A DNA stretch of 55,539 nucleotides, from IMG/VR virus record IMGVR_UViG_3300010361_000001, one strand, 5' to 3'. This document shows, one piece after another, positions 8,225 to 17,680 of this stretch (its first letter is position 1; every line of letters starts with the position of its first letter). The notes beneath the pieces were generated by a model. The model made no database searches. It was given only the letters and a program-made list of their open reading frames with translations, and was not told the DNA's origin. This DNA is from an uncultured virus (IMG/VR IMGVR_UViG_3300010361_000001) (taxonomy: Duplodnaviria; Heunggongvirae; Uroviricota; Caudoviricetes). The translations under genes were made by a program, and so were the position numbers.

Positions 8225-9759
8225 CCTCTGAATGCCTTCGGGTTGTTGAAGCCAGAGGGCTGGCCTGGGGCGATGATGGTGCCGTACTGACCCTTGTCAC
8301 TGACCAGTGGGTTCATGACGTCGGCGCTCGACAGGTTGGGCAGGTACATCCGCATGATGCCGATGTCGACCGTGGCCTCGATGGGGATCATGTCCTTGGA
8401 GAACAGCGTGTAGGTGTAGTCCAGGGAGGAGATCAGACCCTGGAACTGATAGCCCCAGCCAGGGCTGCCGGGTGGGCTGCCGAAGACCACCTGGATGGGC
8501 AGGGACATGGGTGGCCGGTCACCGGCTCCGTAGGTGCCCAGGCCGGTGATGCCGGTGGCTCCTCCAGGCAGCTTCTGGCCCTTCTTGAGGCCGGGGTACT
8601 GGGACTGAGCGTCGTAGACCCCCATGAGTCGCTCGATCGCCCTGATGTCCCAGCGACAGCCAATGGCAGAGGGACCGGGGCTGCCGTCCTTGGGGTTGTT
8701 GAACCCACCCATGTACACCTCGTACATGCGGTTGAAGATCAGGGTGAAGCTGATGCTCTGGTTCTGCACCCAGTAGGGGCCAGCCTGGAGGGCCGTGGGG
8801 TCGGTCTGAGAGGGGGCCGTCGCGTCGGTGGTGATCGAGCAGTCGGTGGCGATGGACTGCGGGTTCATCATGAAGTAGCAGGCGAAGGGACCACCCTTGC
8901 GCTGCTTCATCGTGGCCTTGAGCGGGTCACCGGACGTGTCGGTGTTGGTGAGTAACTCCATCATCCCGCCCCGCACCAGGATGTCGTTGGGCATGTAGCC
9001 GAACTGAGCGCTGGCGGGCTGGCCGAACTGGTTGCTGGACGCACCACCAGCCACGGTCTTGCCTGCGAAGTGAGGGTCGAAGGGCAGATTGTTGCGGGGG
9101 TCAGGGAGATCCGCCAGGGCGATCTCCATGGCAGCCTGCTTGCCCGCATCCGTACTCAGGTCAGGGAGCGCTCCAGCTACCGGTTTAACGCCAGGGAACG
9201 CCTTATTGGTGCCCGTGGGGACGCCTGGGTTGCTGTTGGCGCCCCCACCCCCACCTCCTCCTCCACCACTGGCCGGACCACCGGCACTACCTCCACCAGT
9301 GGGCCGCTTCACCCCTCTGAACGGCTCAGTGGAGTCACCCACCAGATCCAGGGGGTTCATGCAGACGACTGCACCAGTATGCGGGGCCTCGATGGTCTGC
9401 CCGCCCCCGGCGTACATCTTGACGTGGGCGTACTCTCCGCTGTTCCCCGGCTGGAAGTAGAGGATGAGATCCCCCACCTCCATCTGGCTGGCTAGCTGAT
9501 CCTTGCTGGGCTGACCTGACACCGGCTGAAGGGCGTCGAAGAAGGTGGAGAGCGTGGTCTGGTTGTTCCACTGAGACGTGGTGTCACGTCCGATGTCCAT
9601 GTGCGGCCCCTGGGCGTACGAGTAGCACATGAGGCCCGAGCAGTCGAAGGTGTCCGGTCCCTGGGAGCCGTACACATATGGCTTGTTGAGTTGCTGTTGA
9701 GCGACTGCGTAAGCCGAGTCACCTGGCTTCTGCTGGGGAGCGGAGGAGGCGTCAGGCAC
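8221..9759 (-). CDS. NlpC/P60 peptidoglycan peptidase fused to a tube-initiator-like domain
   Basis: PYVYGSQGPDTFDCSGL...HVKMY..GG..IEAP. The C-terminal half has FMMNP...FQGLISSLDYTYTLF...P. Confidence 0.85.
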   Translation of the reverse strand: MPDASSAPQQKPGDSAYAVAQQQLNKPYVYGSQGPDTFDCSGLMCYSYAQGPHMDIGRDTTSQWNNQTTLSTFFDALQPVSGQPSKDQLASQMEVGDLILYFQPGNSGEYAHVKMYAGGGQTIEAPHTGAVVCMNPLDLVGDSTEPFRGVKRPTGGGSAGGPASGGGGGGGGGANSNPGVPTGTNKAFPGVKPVAGALPDLSTDAGKQAAMEIALADLPDPRNNLPFDPHFAGKTVAGGASSNQFGQPASAQFGYMPNDILVRGGMMELLTNTDTSGDPLKATMKQRKGGPFACYFMMNPQSIATDCSITTDATAPSQTDPTALQAGPYWVQNQSISFTLIFNRMYEVYMGGFNNPKDGSPGPSAIGCRWDIRAIERLMGVYDAQSQYPGLKKGQKLPGGATGITGLGTYGAGDRPPMSLPIQVVFGSPPGSPGWGYQFQGLISSLDYTYTLFSKDMIPIEATVDIGIMRMYLPNLSSADVMNPLVSDKGQYGTIIAPGQPSGFNNPKAFRG

Positions 9760-12700
9760 TAGCTGCTCCTGAGGGCGGCAAGAACTTGGGGCTTGGACAC
9801 GGCGGCGATGAACTGGTTGGCGATGTTCTCCATGTCCTTCTGACTGGAGGTGGCAGGCACCTGGAGGACGATGGCACCCTGCTTGAAGTTGAGGTGGACG
9901 ATGGGACCGCCACCACTACCCGCTGCACCACCCCTGTTGTAGGGGATTGCGGAGTAGTTGTCGGCAGCAGGCACCACGGCCTCACCACGGTGCAGCAAGG
10001 CAAGCTGGGAGCGGGCGATGTACTGGCTACCACGGGCATAGCTGGCACCCTTGGAGGCCAGCACGTTTTGGGCGTACTTGATGCGGTTCGCCATGGCTGG
10101 GATACCGGCACGCTCAAAGCCCTGCTCAAATGCCTGAGCAGCAGAGGACGCGTCGGTCGACTGTTGCAGCATCGCCAGCGCACCCTTCTCGGTGCTGTTC
10201 AGTTGGTACCAAAGAAAATCCAACTGGGTGGAGAGGCTGGTGACGTCACGATTATTTGCCTTGGCCCACGCCTGCAAGGCGGTCGGTGGTGTCCACTGGA
10301 CGACTCCATAACCGCCGCCCCCACCGATCTGCGACTGGTTGGGCTGTACCCCTGACTCCTGAGCCATGTTGCCGACGATGCCCGCTGCCATGTAGTCCTT
10401 CAGACCCTTGCCGATGAAGAAGTTGTACGCCTGCTGGGCGTTACCACTGCCGGTCAGGTTGGTGGGCGTACCAGCCCCGGTACCACCTGAGCCACCAGCC
10501 GCAGGGCTACTGCCACCGGACGATGTCTGGCTGTTGGCGGAAGCCGATGAAGGGGTGGCGAACATGCCGGAGTAGTCAGCAATGTTGGCGGTCGGACGGT
10601 TGTAGCTCCAGACGTAGCCCGATGGGCCTGTGGCCGGTCCCGTTGCCCCTGTCGGGCCACCTGTAGTAGTGGCAGCGGCTGCGGGGGTACCCCCGAAGAA
10701 CTGGGCGTAGTCACTACCCAGGCCCCTGAGTCCACCCAGGATGCTGCCACCAACGCTGCCCAGGAAGCCCTCGATGCCACCCAGGATCCCGCCCTTGTGG
10801 TGCGTGGTCTTCTGCGGCATGGGCGCGTGCTGCTTCGGTGCAGGAGCCTGCTGCTGAGAGGTGAGGACAGGGTGGGGCGCCGCTGGTGCCGCTCCCTTGG
10901 CCGTGATGCTCGCCAGGACAGAGCCTTCAGGAGCAGGGCTGAGCAGTTCACCCAGGGCCGTGTCCTTGATGTCACTCAGCTTGCCCATGAGCAGGGAGGA
11001 GACGAAGTCCTTGCCCTTGCCCAGCGCGCTGCCCAGGCCACCCAAGAGACCGCTACCCAGGTGTTCCGCACCCTTGAAGAGGCCACCGATCCCATGCATG
11101 GCGCTATGGAAGAGGCCACCAGCCTTATGCATGGCTCCATGGACCAGACCACCACCGGCTCCGAAGATGCTGCCACCGAATAGCTCACCCAGGCCGGGGA
11201 TCTCCTTCAGGATGTCCTTGCCGAAGCCCAGGCCCCGGTGGATCCCACCCATGACATCGTGACCAACCCTGCTACCGAAGCCCAGGACATCATCGAGAAC
11301 ATGGCGGGGGATGCTGACAACGTCACCGGCAACCCGACGACCAAAGCCGGTCACGTCACCGACCATGCGATTACCAAAGCCGGTCACGTCACCGAGAATG
11401 TGACGAGGAAAGCCGGTGATGTCACCACCGATGCGACCGAAGAAGCCGCCGATGTTGGGCATGTGGAAGCCCCCGCCTCCTCCTCCCCCGCCGCCTCCAC
11501 CGAAGAGGTGACCCAGCAGCCCGCCGATACCACCACCGAAGAGGCCACCCAGGAGACCGCCGCCTCCCCCGCCGCCTCCTCCACCACAGCTACCTCCCCC
11601 GCCTCCGAAGAGACCGCCGAAGAGATGCTTGAAGATGCCACCGATGCCACCCAGCAGCCCACCCATCATGTGCATGGGGTTGAGGCCACCCAGCATGTTG
11701 CCAATGCCGCCCATCGCTGGGGTCAGGATGCGCTCACCACCATGGACGATGGCGAGCATGGGGTCATTCGCCATGCCGGGGACGATCCCACCGGTCTGGA
11801 AGACGCCACCGATGAGCGACTTGAGGAAGCCACCGATGCCACCACCCATCCCGCCACCGAACATCTTGAGCGGGCTGCTCAGCCCTCCGATCAGGCTGCC
11901 AATCCCACTGCCTAGGGGACTCGCCAGCCTGAGCAGGGCAGCGGCTGCGTCGTTCAAGTTCTTAGCTGCCTCTGCGATGCCTGGCTCAGCCCGTGACTCA
12001 AGCTGGGACTTAGCTGACTGAGCCTGAAGCTGGGCGTAGTAGGGCGTGTCCAGGCCCGCCTGCTTGGCCCCCTTGGAGGTGCCGACGTCGGGCATGTTGG
12101 CGCCCTTGGCCTGCTGGCCCAGCCTGGTGTAGGCGTACTGCATGAAGCCGTAGTACGCGTCACTCCCTGGGGAGATGCCGATGGCCTCCAGGTTCACAGC
12201 ACCAGGGGCACCGGGCTGCATCATGGCGGCGAAGGTCTTGGCGTTGACCTGACCACCCATGGTCAGCCGGTTGAAGATCTGCTGGTACTGCTGCTCCGGT
12301 GTCTGTAGCTGCCCACCTGGGCGCAGGTTGAGGCCCACGGCCAGGGCACGGTTGATCACACCAGGCTGCTGGAGCATGTTCTGCGCCTGCATGGCACCCT
12401 GGCGGGACATGCCTGGAACCAGGGTCATCAACTGGTTGGCGCCCCTTTGGACGGTACTCCAGTTGTTGGTACCGGGAGCCACGCCCATGTTCATCATGGC
12501 GTAGTAGTTGGCCTGGGCGTAGTCCCCGGCGTTCTGCGACAGCGTGCCGCCAGGGATGACGTACAGGCTCCTGGGGTTCACCCCGAAGGCGGGGCCAAGC
12601 ATCTGACCGATGGTGGCGCCCTGGACAGACGTGGAGATCATGCCCCCGCCATAGCCCTGGGGGCCAAGGAACTGGGCGGCTGAGCCAGCAGCACCGGAGA

Positions 12701-13247
12701 CCAGCGGCCCCCAGTTGAAGCCACCCTGGCCTCCACCACCCTGGTTGGGGGTCTGAGTTTGGGTGCGCTTGGCGTTGGCGTCGTTGACGTTGGCGTCCAT
12801 GGGCTGAGGCGTCTGCGATCCAGGGTTGACCCTGGACGCTGAGCCTGGATCCATGGAGGGCGCGCCGGAGGCGAAGGTGCCGTTGGGATCCTGGGCACTA
12901 GGCGGCACCCACAGAGGACCGTTGGAGGTGAGGTTGGTGCCGTTCGGTCCCAGGTTGCCGTTGCCAGGAGGAGGTGCCGATGGCCCCATGCCACGGCCAC
13001 CACCCCCGCCCCCGCCTCCTCCACCAGCCCCTGCTGCCGTCTTTAGCTGGCTCTGAAGGCCGCTCAGCTTGGTGGTCAGGTCGCTGACGGCTGCGGCGAT
13101 GCCAGCGATGGCGCTCTGTGCCTGGGAGCCGAAGGTGGTGAAGCTGGTAGTGACCCCCGTCAGGGCGTCAGAGATCTTGCTAACGGCCTTGCCGAACTCC
13201 TCCGGCCCTGACTTGTCGAAGAGACCTGCGCCGTAGCCCGTCGCCAT
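9759..13247 (-). CDS. Tape measure protein with C-terminal tail-tip lysozyme domain
   Basis: 1162 aa, downstream of the chaperones. AAGIVGNMAQES...GYGVVQWT...FERAG is the phage tail lysozyme pattern. Confidence 0.85.
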   Translation of the reverse strand: MATGYGAGLFDKSGPEEFGKAVSKISDALTGVTTSFTTFGSQAQSAIAGIAAAVSDLTTKLSGLQSQLKTAAGAGGGGGGGGGGRGMGPSAPPPGNGNLGPNGTNLTSNGPLWVPPSAQDPNGTFASGAPSMDPGSASRVNPGSQTPQPMDANVNDANAKRTQTQTPNQGGGGQGGFNWGPLVSGAAGSAAQFLGPQGYGGGMISTSVQGATIGQMLGPAFGVNPRSLYVIPGGTLSQNAGDYAQANYYAMMNMGVAPGTNNWSTVQRGANQLMTLVPGMSRQGAMQAQNMLQQPGVINRALAVGLNLRPGGQLQTPEQQYQQIFNRLTMGGQVNAKTFAAMMQPGAPGAVNLEAIGISPGSDAYYGFMQYAYTRLGQQAKGANMPDVGTSKGAKQAGLDTPYYAQLQAQSAKSQLESRAEPGIAEAAKNLNDAAAALLRLASPLGSGIGSLIGGLSSPLKMFGGGMGGGIGGFLKSLIGGVFQTGGIVPGMANDPMLAIVHGGERILTPAMGGIGNMLGGLNPMHMMGGLLGGIGGIFKHLFGGLFGGGGGSCGGGGGGGGGGLLGGLFGGGIGGLLGHLFGGGGGGGGGGGFHMPNIGGFFGRIGGDITGFPRHILGDVTGFGNRMVGDVTGFGRRVAGDVVSIPRHVLDDVLGFGSRVGHDVMGGIHRGLGFGKDILKEIPGLGELFGGSIFGAGGGLVHGAMHKAGGLFHSAMHGIGGLFKGAEHLGSGLLGGLGSALGKGKDFVSSLLMGKLSDIKDTALGELLSPAPEGSVLASITAKGAAPAAPHPVLTSQQQAPAPKQHAPMPQKTTHHKGGILGGIEGFLGSVGGSILGGLRGLGSDYAQFFGGTPAAAATTTGGPTGATGPATGPSGYVWSYNRPTANIADYSGMFATPSSASANSQTSSGGSSPAAGGSGGTGAGTPTNLTGSGNAQQAYNFFIGKGLKDYMAAGIVGNMAQESGVQPNQSQIGGGGGYGVVQWTPPTALQAWAKANNRDVTSLSTQLDFLWYQLNSTEKGALAMLQQSTDASSAAQAFEQGFERAGIPAMANRIKYAQNVLASKGASYARGSQYIARSQLALLHRGEAVVPAADNYSAIPYNRGGAAGSGGGPIVHLNFKQGAIVLQVPATSSQKDMENIANQFIAAVSKPQVLAALRSS

Positions 13248-13400
13248 TTATTTCTCCTGGTGGAGAACGACCTCTATCCAGTGACGTCGTTCGGGGAAAG
13301 GCATCGACTTGATTTCAGACAGAGACCAGCCAGGGAATCGCTCAGCGATCCTCTGGTACTGGAGGTAGAGAAGGTCGAAGGGGGTGAGGTCGTTAACGAA
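13248..13400 (-). CDS. Tail assembly chaperone, C-terminal frameshift segment
   Basis: GWSLSEIKSMPFPERRHW. No start codon of its own at the junction; lies in the +1 frame relative to the upstream chaperone. Confidence 0.65.
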   Translation of the reverse strand, partial: FVNDLTPFDLLYLQYQRIAERFPGWSLSEIKSMPFPERRHWIEVVLHQEK

Positions 13401-14217
13401 AGAGATCCACCAGGGATACGGTGTAGTCCCCCTCGCGACCGCACTCGGTGCATGTAACCCCCACCTCCTCCATGCGTGGCCCAGGGGCACCATCTGCCAT
13501 GGCCTGGGTGATCTTGCGCCTGTCAGCCATGCTCAGCTTCTGAGCCATGTGGCCCATGACTGGCTGGCCGTCGATCGAGCGGAGGCTGCCGTTGATGGCC
13601 GTGGTGACCTCTTCCGGGCCGGTCCTGTTGCCGTCGCCCACCATCTCAAGCTGGACGGCGCCGGTCAGCAGATGCACCAGGGCGAGGTGGCCGTTGCGTA
13701 GCTGTACCTCCACGTCCTGCACGGTGGGGTTCTCCAGCTTGGAGATCGGGATGCTCTCTAGCTCCACGACACAGCCGAAGGTCTGCCCACAGAACCGGCA
13801 GGGGAAGTCAGGCACCTCCCAATCAGTCCCGAAGGTCAGCATGCGGATCGAGAGCATGAGGTAGGAGCGATCCCCGGCCAGGAGATCGGCCAGCATCTTC
13901 ACGGGCACCGGGTCATAGGTGCCCACCGACAGCACACACCGCTTCAGGATCAGGTCCACCACCCTGGGGACGTTCATGGTGGGGCTGCGTAGCTCCCGAG
14001 CCATGGCCTCCTCGTCGGCACCGTTGATCTCCCGGATCCGGCACTCCGTATGGAGGATGCCATCAGCGTCCAGGAAGCCACCCGGCAGCACCACGGTGTC
14101 TGCCGGGAGCGGCCCCATGAGGGGGATGGGTGGCTTGGTGATCTTCTCGGCCAGGTCGCTGGCAAGCTCCGGCCTCGACGCCGCCTCGATGACTTCTACG
14201 GGGCCGATGTCGGTCAT
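13393..14217 (-). CDS. Tail assembly chaperone (T4 gp26/gp51-like with CxxC pairs)
   Basis: IREINGADEE, GDRSYL, CRFC and CTEC. Lies between tube and TMP. Confidence 0.8.
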   Translation of the reverse strand: MTDIGPVEVIEAASRPELASDLAEKITKPPIPLMGPLPADTVVLPGGFLDADGILHTECRIREINGADEEAMARELRSPTMNVPRVVDLILKRCVLSVGTYDPVPVKMLADLLAGDRSYLMLSIRMLTFGTDWEVPDFPCRFCGQTFGCVVELESIPISKLENPTVQDVEVQLRNGHLALVHLLTGAVQLEMVGDGNRTGPEEVTTAINGSLRSIDGQPVMGHMAQKLSMADRRKITQAMADGAPGPRMEEVGVTCTECGREGDYTVSLVDLFR

Positions 14218-14825
14218 GGCATCTGCGTAGGACCGACGAAGCTCCCCGGATCCTGGTTGGCTGTGATGACGGCCCAGCCCTCATGGGCGAGCGTCAGGTT
14301 CTCGATGAAGACTGCGTTGCCACCGGCCTCCAGGTCGGAGAACGAGTAGCCCATCGGCCAGGCGTTGTAAACGGCGAACCGGGCCTTAATGGGGGGTGGC
14401 TGGTCCCTCCCGGCAGCCATGCCTCCGTTGGTGATGGGATGCTCCAGGACGTCGATGGTCAGCCCCACCCTGAAGTTGGTGGTGGCGCTGCCGAAGCCCG
14501 CCCCGATGGCGACCGAGAAGATCTGCGTGAACCACGTATAGATCTCCTTGGTGCCGATGTTGGACGTGACCCCGTTCTCGATGGGGGCTGCCATGAAGCC
14601 ACGCGTCAAGGTCAGGGGGCCGAAGTCGGACTGCCCTGGCATCTTTCGCGTGGTGGTGTTGTTGCCGCCCTCCCGGTAGGGGATGACCTCGTTGTTGACC
14701 GACAGACCGGAGCAGGCCATGAAGCCCATACGGGCCAGGTTGGAAAGCTGGCTGCTGGGATGGTTGATAGCGACCCGGAACCGGAAGTTCCGCAGAGGGT
14801 CGCTGTTGAGTCCTCGACTGGTCAT
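14214..14825 (-). CDS. Tail tube protein (T4 gp19-like)
   Basis: DPLRNFRF...GF..CSGL...YREGG...KMPG...LTLTRG...NAWP...LAHEG. Confidence 0.95.
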   Translation of the reverse strand: MTSRGLNSDPLRNFRFRVAINHPSSQLSNLARMGFMACSGLSVNNEVIPYREGGNNTTTRKMPGQSDFGPLTLTRGFMAAPIENGVTSNIGTKEIYTWFTQIFSVAIGAGFGSATTNFRVGLTIDVLEHPITNGGMAAGRDQPPPIKARFAVYNAWPMGYSFSDLEAGGNAVFIENLTLAHEGWAVITANQDPGSFVGPTQMP

Positions 14826-14834
14826 GTCTCCTCC

Positions 14835-16439
14835 TTACGTGGTGGCGATGTTGACTGACTGCCCGCCAGCCCACTGGCCGATGCTGATGATCACGAACTC
14901 GGCAGGGAACTGGAGAGCGACACCCACCTCGACGTTGACGATGCCCTGCTGGATCGAGGAGATCGGGTTGTTGCTGGAGTCACACAGCACGTAGTACGCC
15001 TGGGCAGCGCTGACACCCTGAAGTCCCCCGCTCTGCCAGAAGGAGTTCAAGAACTGCGTCAGCACCGACGTGATCTGGTTCCACAGGATGTAGTCGTTCG
15101 GCTCAAAGACGGCGAACTTGGTGAGCGCCACCATCTGAGTGGAAAGGTAAATCAGCGACCTTTCCACCGGCACGTAGCGGGTGATGAGGTACGGCGACAG
15201 CGTGCGCGCTCCCCACACCACCACGCCCGAGCCAGGCACCGAGATGATGGCGTTGATGTTGGCCTGGGTCAGGTTGCCCTGGTCAGTGTTGGTGCAGGAG
15301 TACTCCAGGCCATACGCACCCAGCAGCACTGCACCCAGGCCAGCCGGGGCCTTGGCGACTCCTCGACTGGAGTCAGTGGAGACATACAGCCCAGCCACGA
15401 ACCCACCCGGTGGTACCAGCCTGGTGACGCCTGGGTTGGCCGAGTAGGGGTCGGAGATCTGGATCTGCGGGTAGTACACCGCTGCCTGAGCGCTGGCCGG
15501 GAGGCCCGACGCACCCTGCACCCAGGACACCATGCCAGTGGGGCTGAGACCAGGCGGGCAGTCGACCACCACGAAGCCGTTGCCCCGGTTCTGCGCGTAG
15601 GCGATGACGTTGCCCAGGTCAGCCGCCGTGGTCATCCCCGGCATGTTGATGATGAAGGGCTGATCCGGCAGCGTGTCCAGCCCGCTCTGAAGCTGGGTGA
15701 TGATGTCGCTGGAGGTGATGGGCGAGCCATCAGTGCCACCGGTTAGCTGCACCGACGAGGCCGTGGCCTTGGGGTTGTTGATGGGGGCAGCCGACGTCGA
15801 GGACTGGTCCACCACGCTGATCCAGTTCGACCCGGAGTAAGGGCTGTTGATGACAGCCGGGGCGTAGTTGTTCTGGCCGATGTTGGTCGACCCCGGCACC
15901 ATGGTGACGTCCTGCCAGGTCTCCACCACGTTCTGCGGGGCGTTGCCCATGTACTTCACCACGATGGTGAAGGTCAGGACGTTGCCCAGCGCATCCTTGA
16001 CGGTGCCAGGCAGGATGTCGATCCAGAGGCCACCGTTGGGGTTGGTGGTGGTGCCACTACCCCAGGCACCAGGGTTGTCAGCGTTGATCTTCAGCGTGGC
16101 GATGCCACCTACCGGGGTGGTGGCGCTGTCGTTGAAGACATGGCTGGCCGTGACCGGCCCGCTGGCATCCAGGCGGATGGTCCGGATGACCGTGCAGCTT
16201 GTGCCGCCAGCCGAGAAGTAGGTGAAGACAGCCAGCTTCATGGGTGACGGGGGGTAGGCGGTCTCAAATCCGCCGTACAAGTTGCAGAAATCTCGCCAGC
16301 TATTTATGACTTGAGGGCCTAGGGGACCACGGTTCATCGGCCCACAAAAACATGCCGTCGCTACACCCGGCGTGGCACTGATGTAAGTGGGGAACGATGA
16401 CGTACTCACATAGACGCCGGGGCGCGTTAGAGTGGGCAT
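14835..16439 (-). CDS. Contractile tail sheath protein
   Basis: RPGVY at the N-terminus; KAPAG, VWGARTL, RYVPVERS, FEPND and PAEFVII. Confidence 0.95.
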   Translation of the reverse strand: MPTLTRPGVYVSTSSFPTYISATPGVATACFCGPMNRGPLGPQVINSWRDFCNLYGGFETAYPPSPMKLAVFTYFSAGGTSCTVIRTIRLDASGPVTASHVFNDSATTPVGGIATLKINADNPGAWGSGTTTNPNGGLWIDILPGTVKDALGNVLTFTIVVKYMGNAPQNVVETWQDVTMVPGSTNIGQNNYAPAVINSPYSGSNWISVVDQSSTSAAPINNPKATASSVQLTGGTDGSPITSSDIITQLQSGLDTLPDQPFIINMPGMTTAADLGNVIAYAQNRGNGFVVVDCPPGLSPTGMVSWVQGASGLPASAQAAVYYPQIQISDPYSANPGVTRLVPPGGFVAGLYVSTDSSRGVAKAPAGLGAVLLGAYGLEYSCTNTDQGNLTQANINAIISVPGSGVVVWGARTLSPYLITRYVPVERSLIYLSTQMVALTKFAVFEPNDYILWNQITSVLTQFLNSFWQSGGLQGVSAAQAYYVLCDSSNNPISSIQQGIVNVEVGVALQFPAEFVIISIGQWAGGQSVNIATT

Positions 16440-16442
16440 TTT

Positions 16443-17180
16443 TTACTCCCTTGGTGACACTTGGGATTGGCCGGGGATGAAGTCAGGAAGAACGGTGCCA
16501 GGAACCAGGGCGATGTCGTTCGGTCCCCACACTGTCTCCTGGCTGTACATGTCCTTGATGGTCAGGGCGAGATGCCTCACCCTTGTGTTCAGCAACAAGA
16601 CGGGGTCTTCGATCTCGGTGGAAATACGTAGCTGGTAGATCTGCCGGAAGAGTCGCTTGTCGGACTCCATCCCATTGGTACGCGACACCCCCATCACAGT
16701 GATACGGCGCACCGTTCCGCCTGGGCACGTCATCTGAGCGAACCGGGGATGCAGGCGCCCGAAGGCCAGGGTGGCTGAGATCTGGCTGATGTGCTGGTTG
16801 ACCCGAGCGCTGGCCGTGACGGTGTAGTCGAAGTCCATCGGAATGGGGTACTCGATGCTGGGCGGCGCATTCTGGCTGAGGTCGAAGGGGATGTTCTGGA
16901 GGTAGCGCCAGAACACCGGCACCCAGCCCCGATGCTCACGCTCGTGGGCCACCCGCTCCGAGAGGAAGTTGATCACGATGTTGGGGTACGTGATCCTGCG
17001 CTCCTCCCGCTCCGGATTGTGGAACCACACCGGCACGGGCCTGGGCGTATCCGGGGCGGCGTTGAGGTCGGTAACCGTGACGCCCTGGAGCAGGGTCTTG
17101 AGGCCCATGTCCTCTTCGGTGTAGAGACCCAGGAAGGGAGGGTTGGTGTCGGTGTCATAGGGCGGGTTGACCAGGGTCAC
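16443..17180 (-). CDS. Tail terminator/completion protein (putative)
   Basis: Immediately upstream of the sheath; PVWF.NPE.E...YP.I motif. Confidence 0.6.
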   Translation of the reverse strand: MTLVNPPYDTDTNPPFLGLYTEEDMGLKTLLQGVTVTDLNAAPDTPRPVPVWFHNPEREERRITYPNIVINFLSERVAHEREHRGWVPVFWRYLQNIPFDLSQNAPPSIEYPIPMDFDYTVTASARVNQHISQISATLAFGRLHPRFAQMTCPGGTVRRITVMGVSRTNGMESDKRLFRQIYQLRISTEIEDPVLLLNTRVRHLALTIKDMYSQETVWGPNDIALVPGTVLPDFIPGQSQVSPRE

Positions 17181-17557
17181 ATCGACCCCTCCGCTGCTAG
17201 CTCAGCCAGGAACTTCTCCTCGACGTCCCCGGACTGCTTCGCCAGGTCGATGACCACCTCGTTGAGTTGGTAGAGCTTGTCCATGGCCTCAGCCGCAGGA
17301 GTCAGGCGGCTGTTGGGGGGCAGGCCGACGTAGACGTTCTCCTGGTCAGCGGTCACCCGGAACCTGTCGATCAGGACGTGGAAGTCTCGGATACTGTACT
17401 CGCCCTGCCCGATCCTCTTCATGTTCGCCAGCATGACTTCGCCAGCGGCGCATGCTGCGGGGACCACGGCCTTCGACATCTTCTGGTACTGCGCCGCCAT
17501 GTTACGCACCTGAGCCAGGTCTTGGGCATTGACGCAGTTGAATAAAGAGGAAGGCAT
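17177..17557 (-). CDS. Hypothetical virion/neck protein
   Basis: First gene of the tail operon, coupled to the next gene. Confidence 0.6.
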   Translation of the reverse strand: MPSSLFNCVNAQDLAQVRNMAAQYQKMSKAVVPAACAAGEVMLANMKRIGQGEYSIRDFHVLIDRFRVTADQENVYVGLPPNSRLTPAAEAMDKLYQLNEVVIDLAKQSGDVEEKFLAELAAEGSM

Positions 17558-17626
17558 TTTTCCCCGAATGGATGGGCATTATTTTGGCGGTACTGCTGAC
17601 CGACGTAAGCGGGCCGGTCCACGTCA

Positions 17627-17674
17627 ATGCTAGGTCCGGGTGACGCAGCCCCCCTGACCACCCGGCCATAGCCT
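17627..17674. promoter_or_regulatory. Bidirectional promoter box 2
   Basis: Minus strand: GGGTGGTCA (17663-17655)-N22-TAGCAT. Plus strand: TAGCCT at 17669-17674, 6 nt before GTG 17681. Confidence 0.65.
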
Positions 17675-17680
17675 TGGAGT

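Noticed and set aside
11270..11620. Short DNA repeats suggestive of a CRISPR array
   Set aside because: In-frame coding repeats (11-aa and poly-Gly) of the tape measure protein; no repeat-spacer structure.
6014..16439. Extracellular contractile injection system or tailocin
   Set aside because: Capsid, portal, terminase and replication genes are present, so this is a phage.
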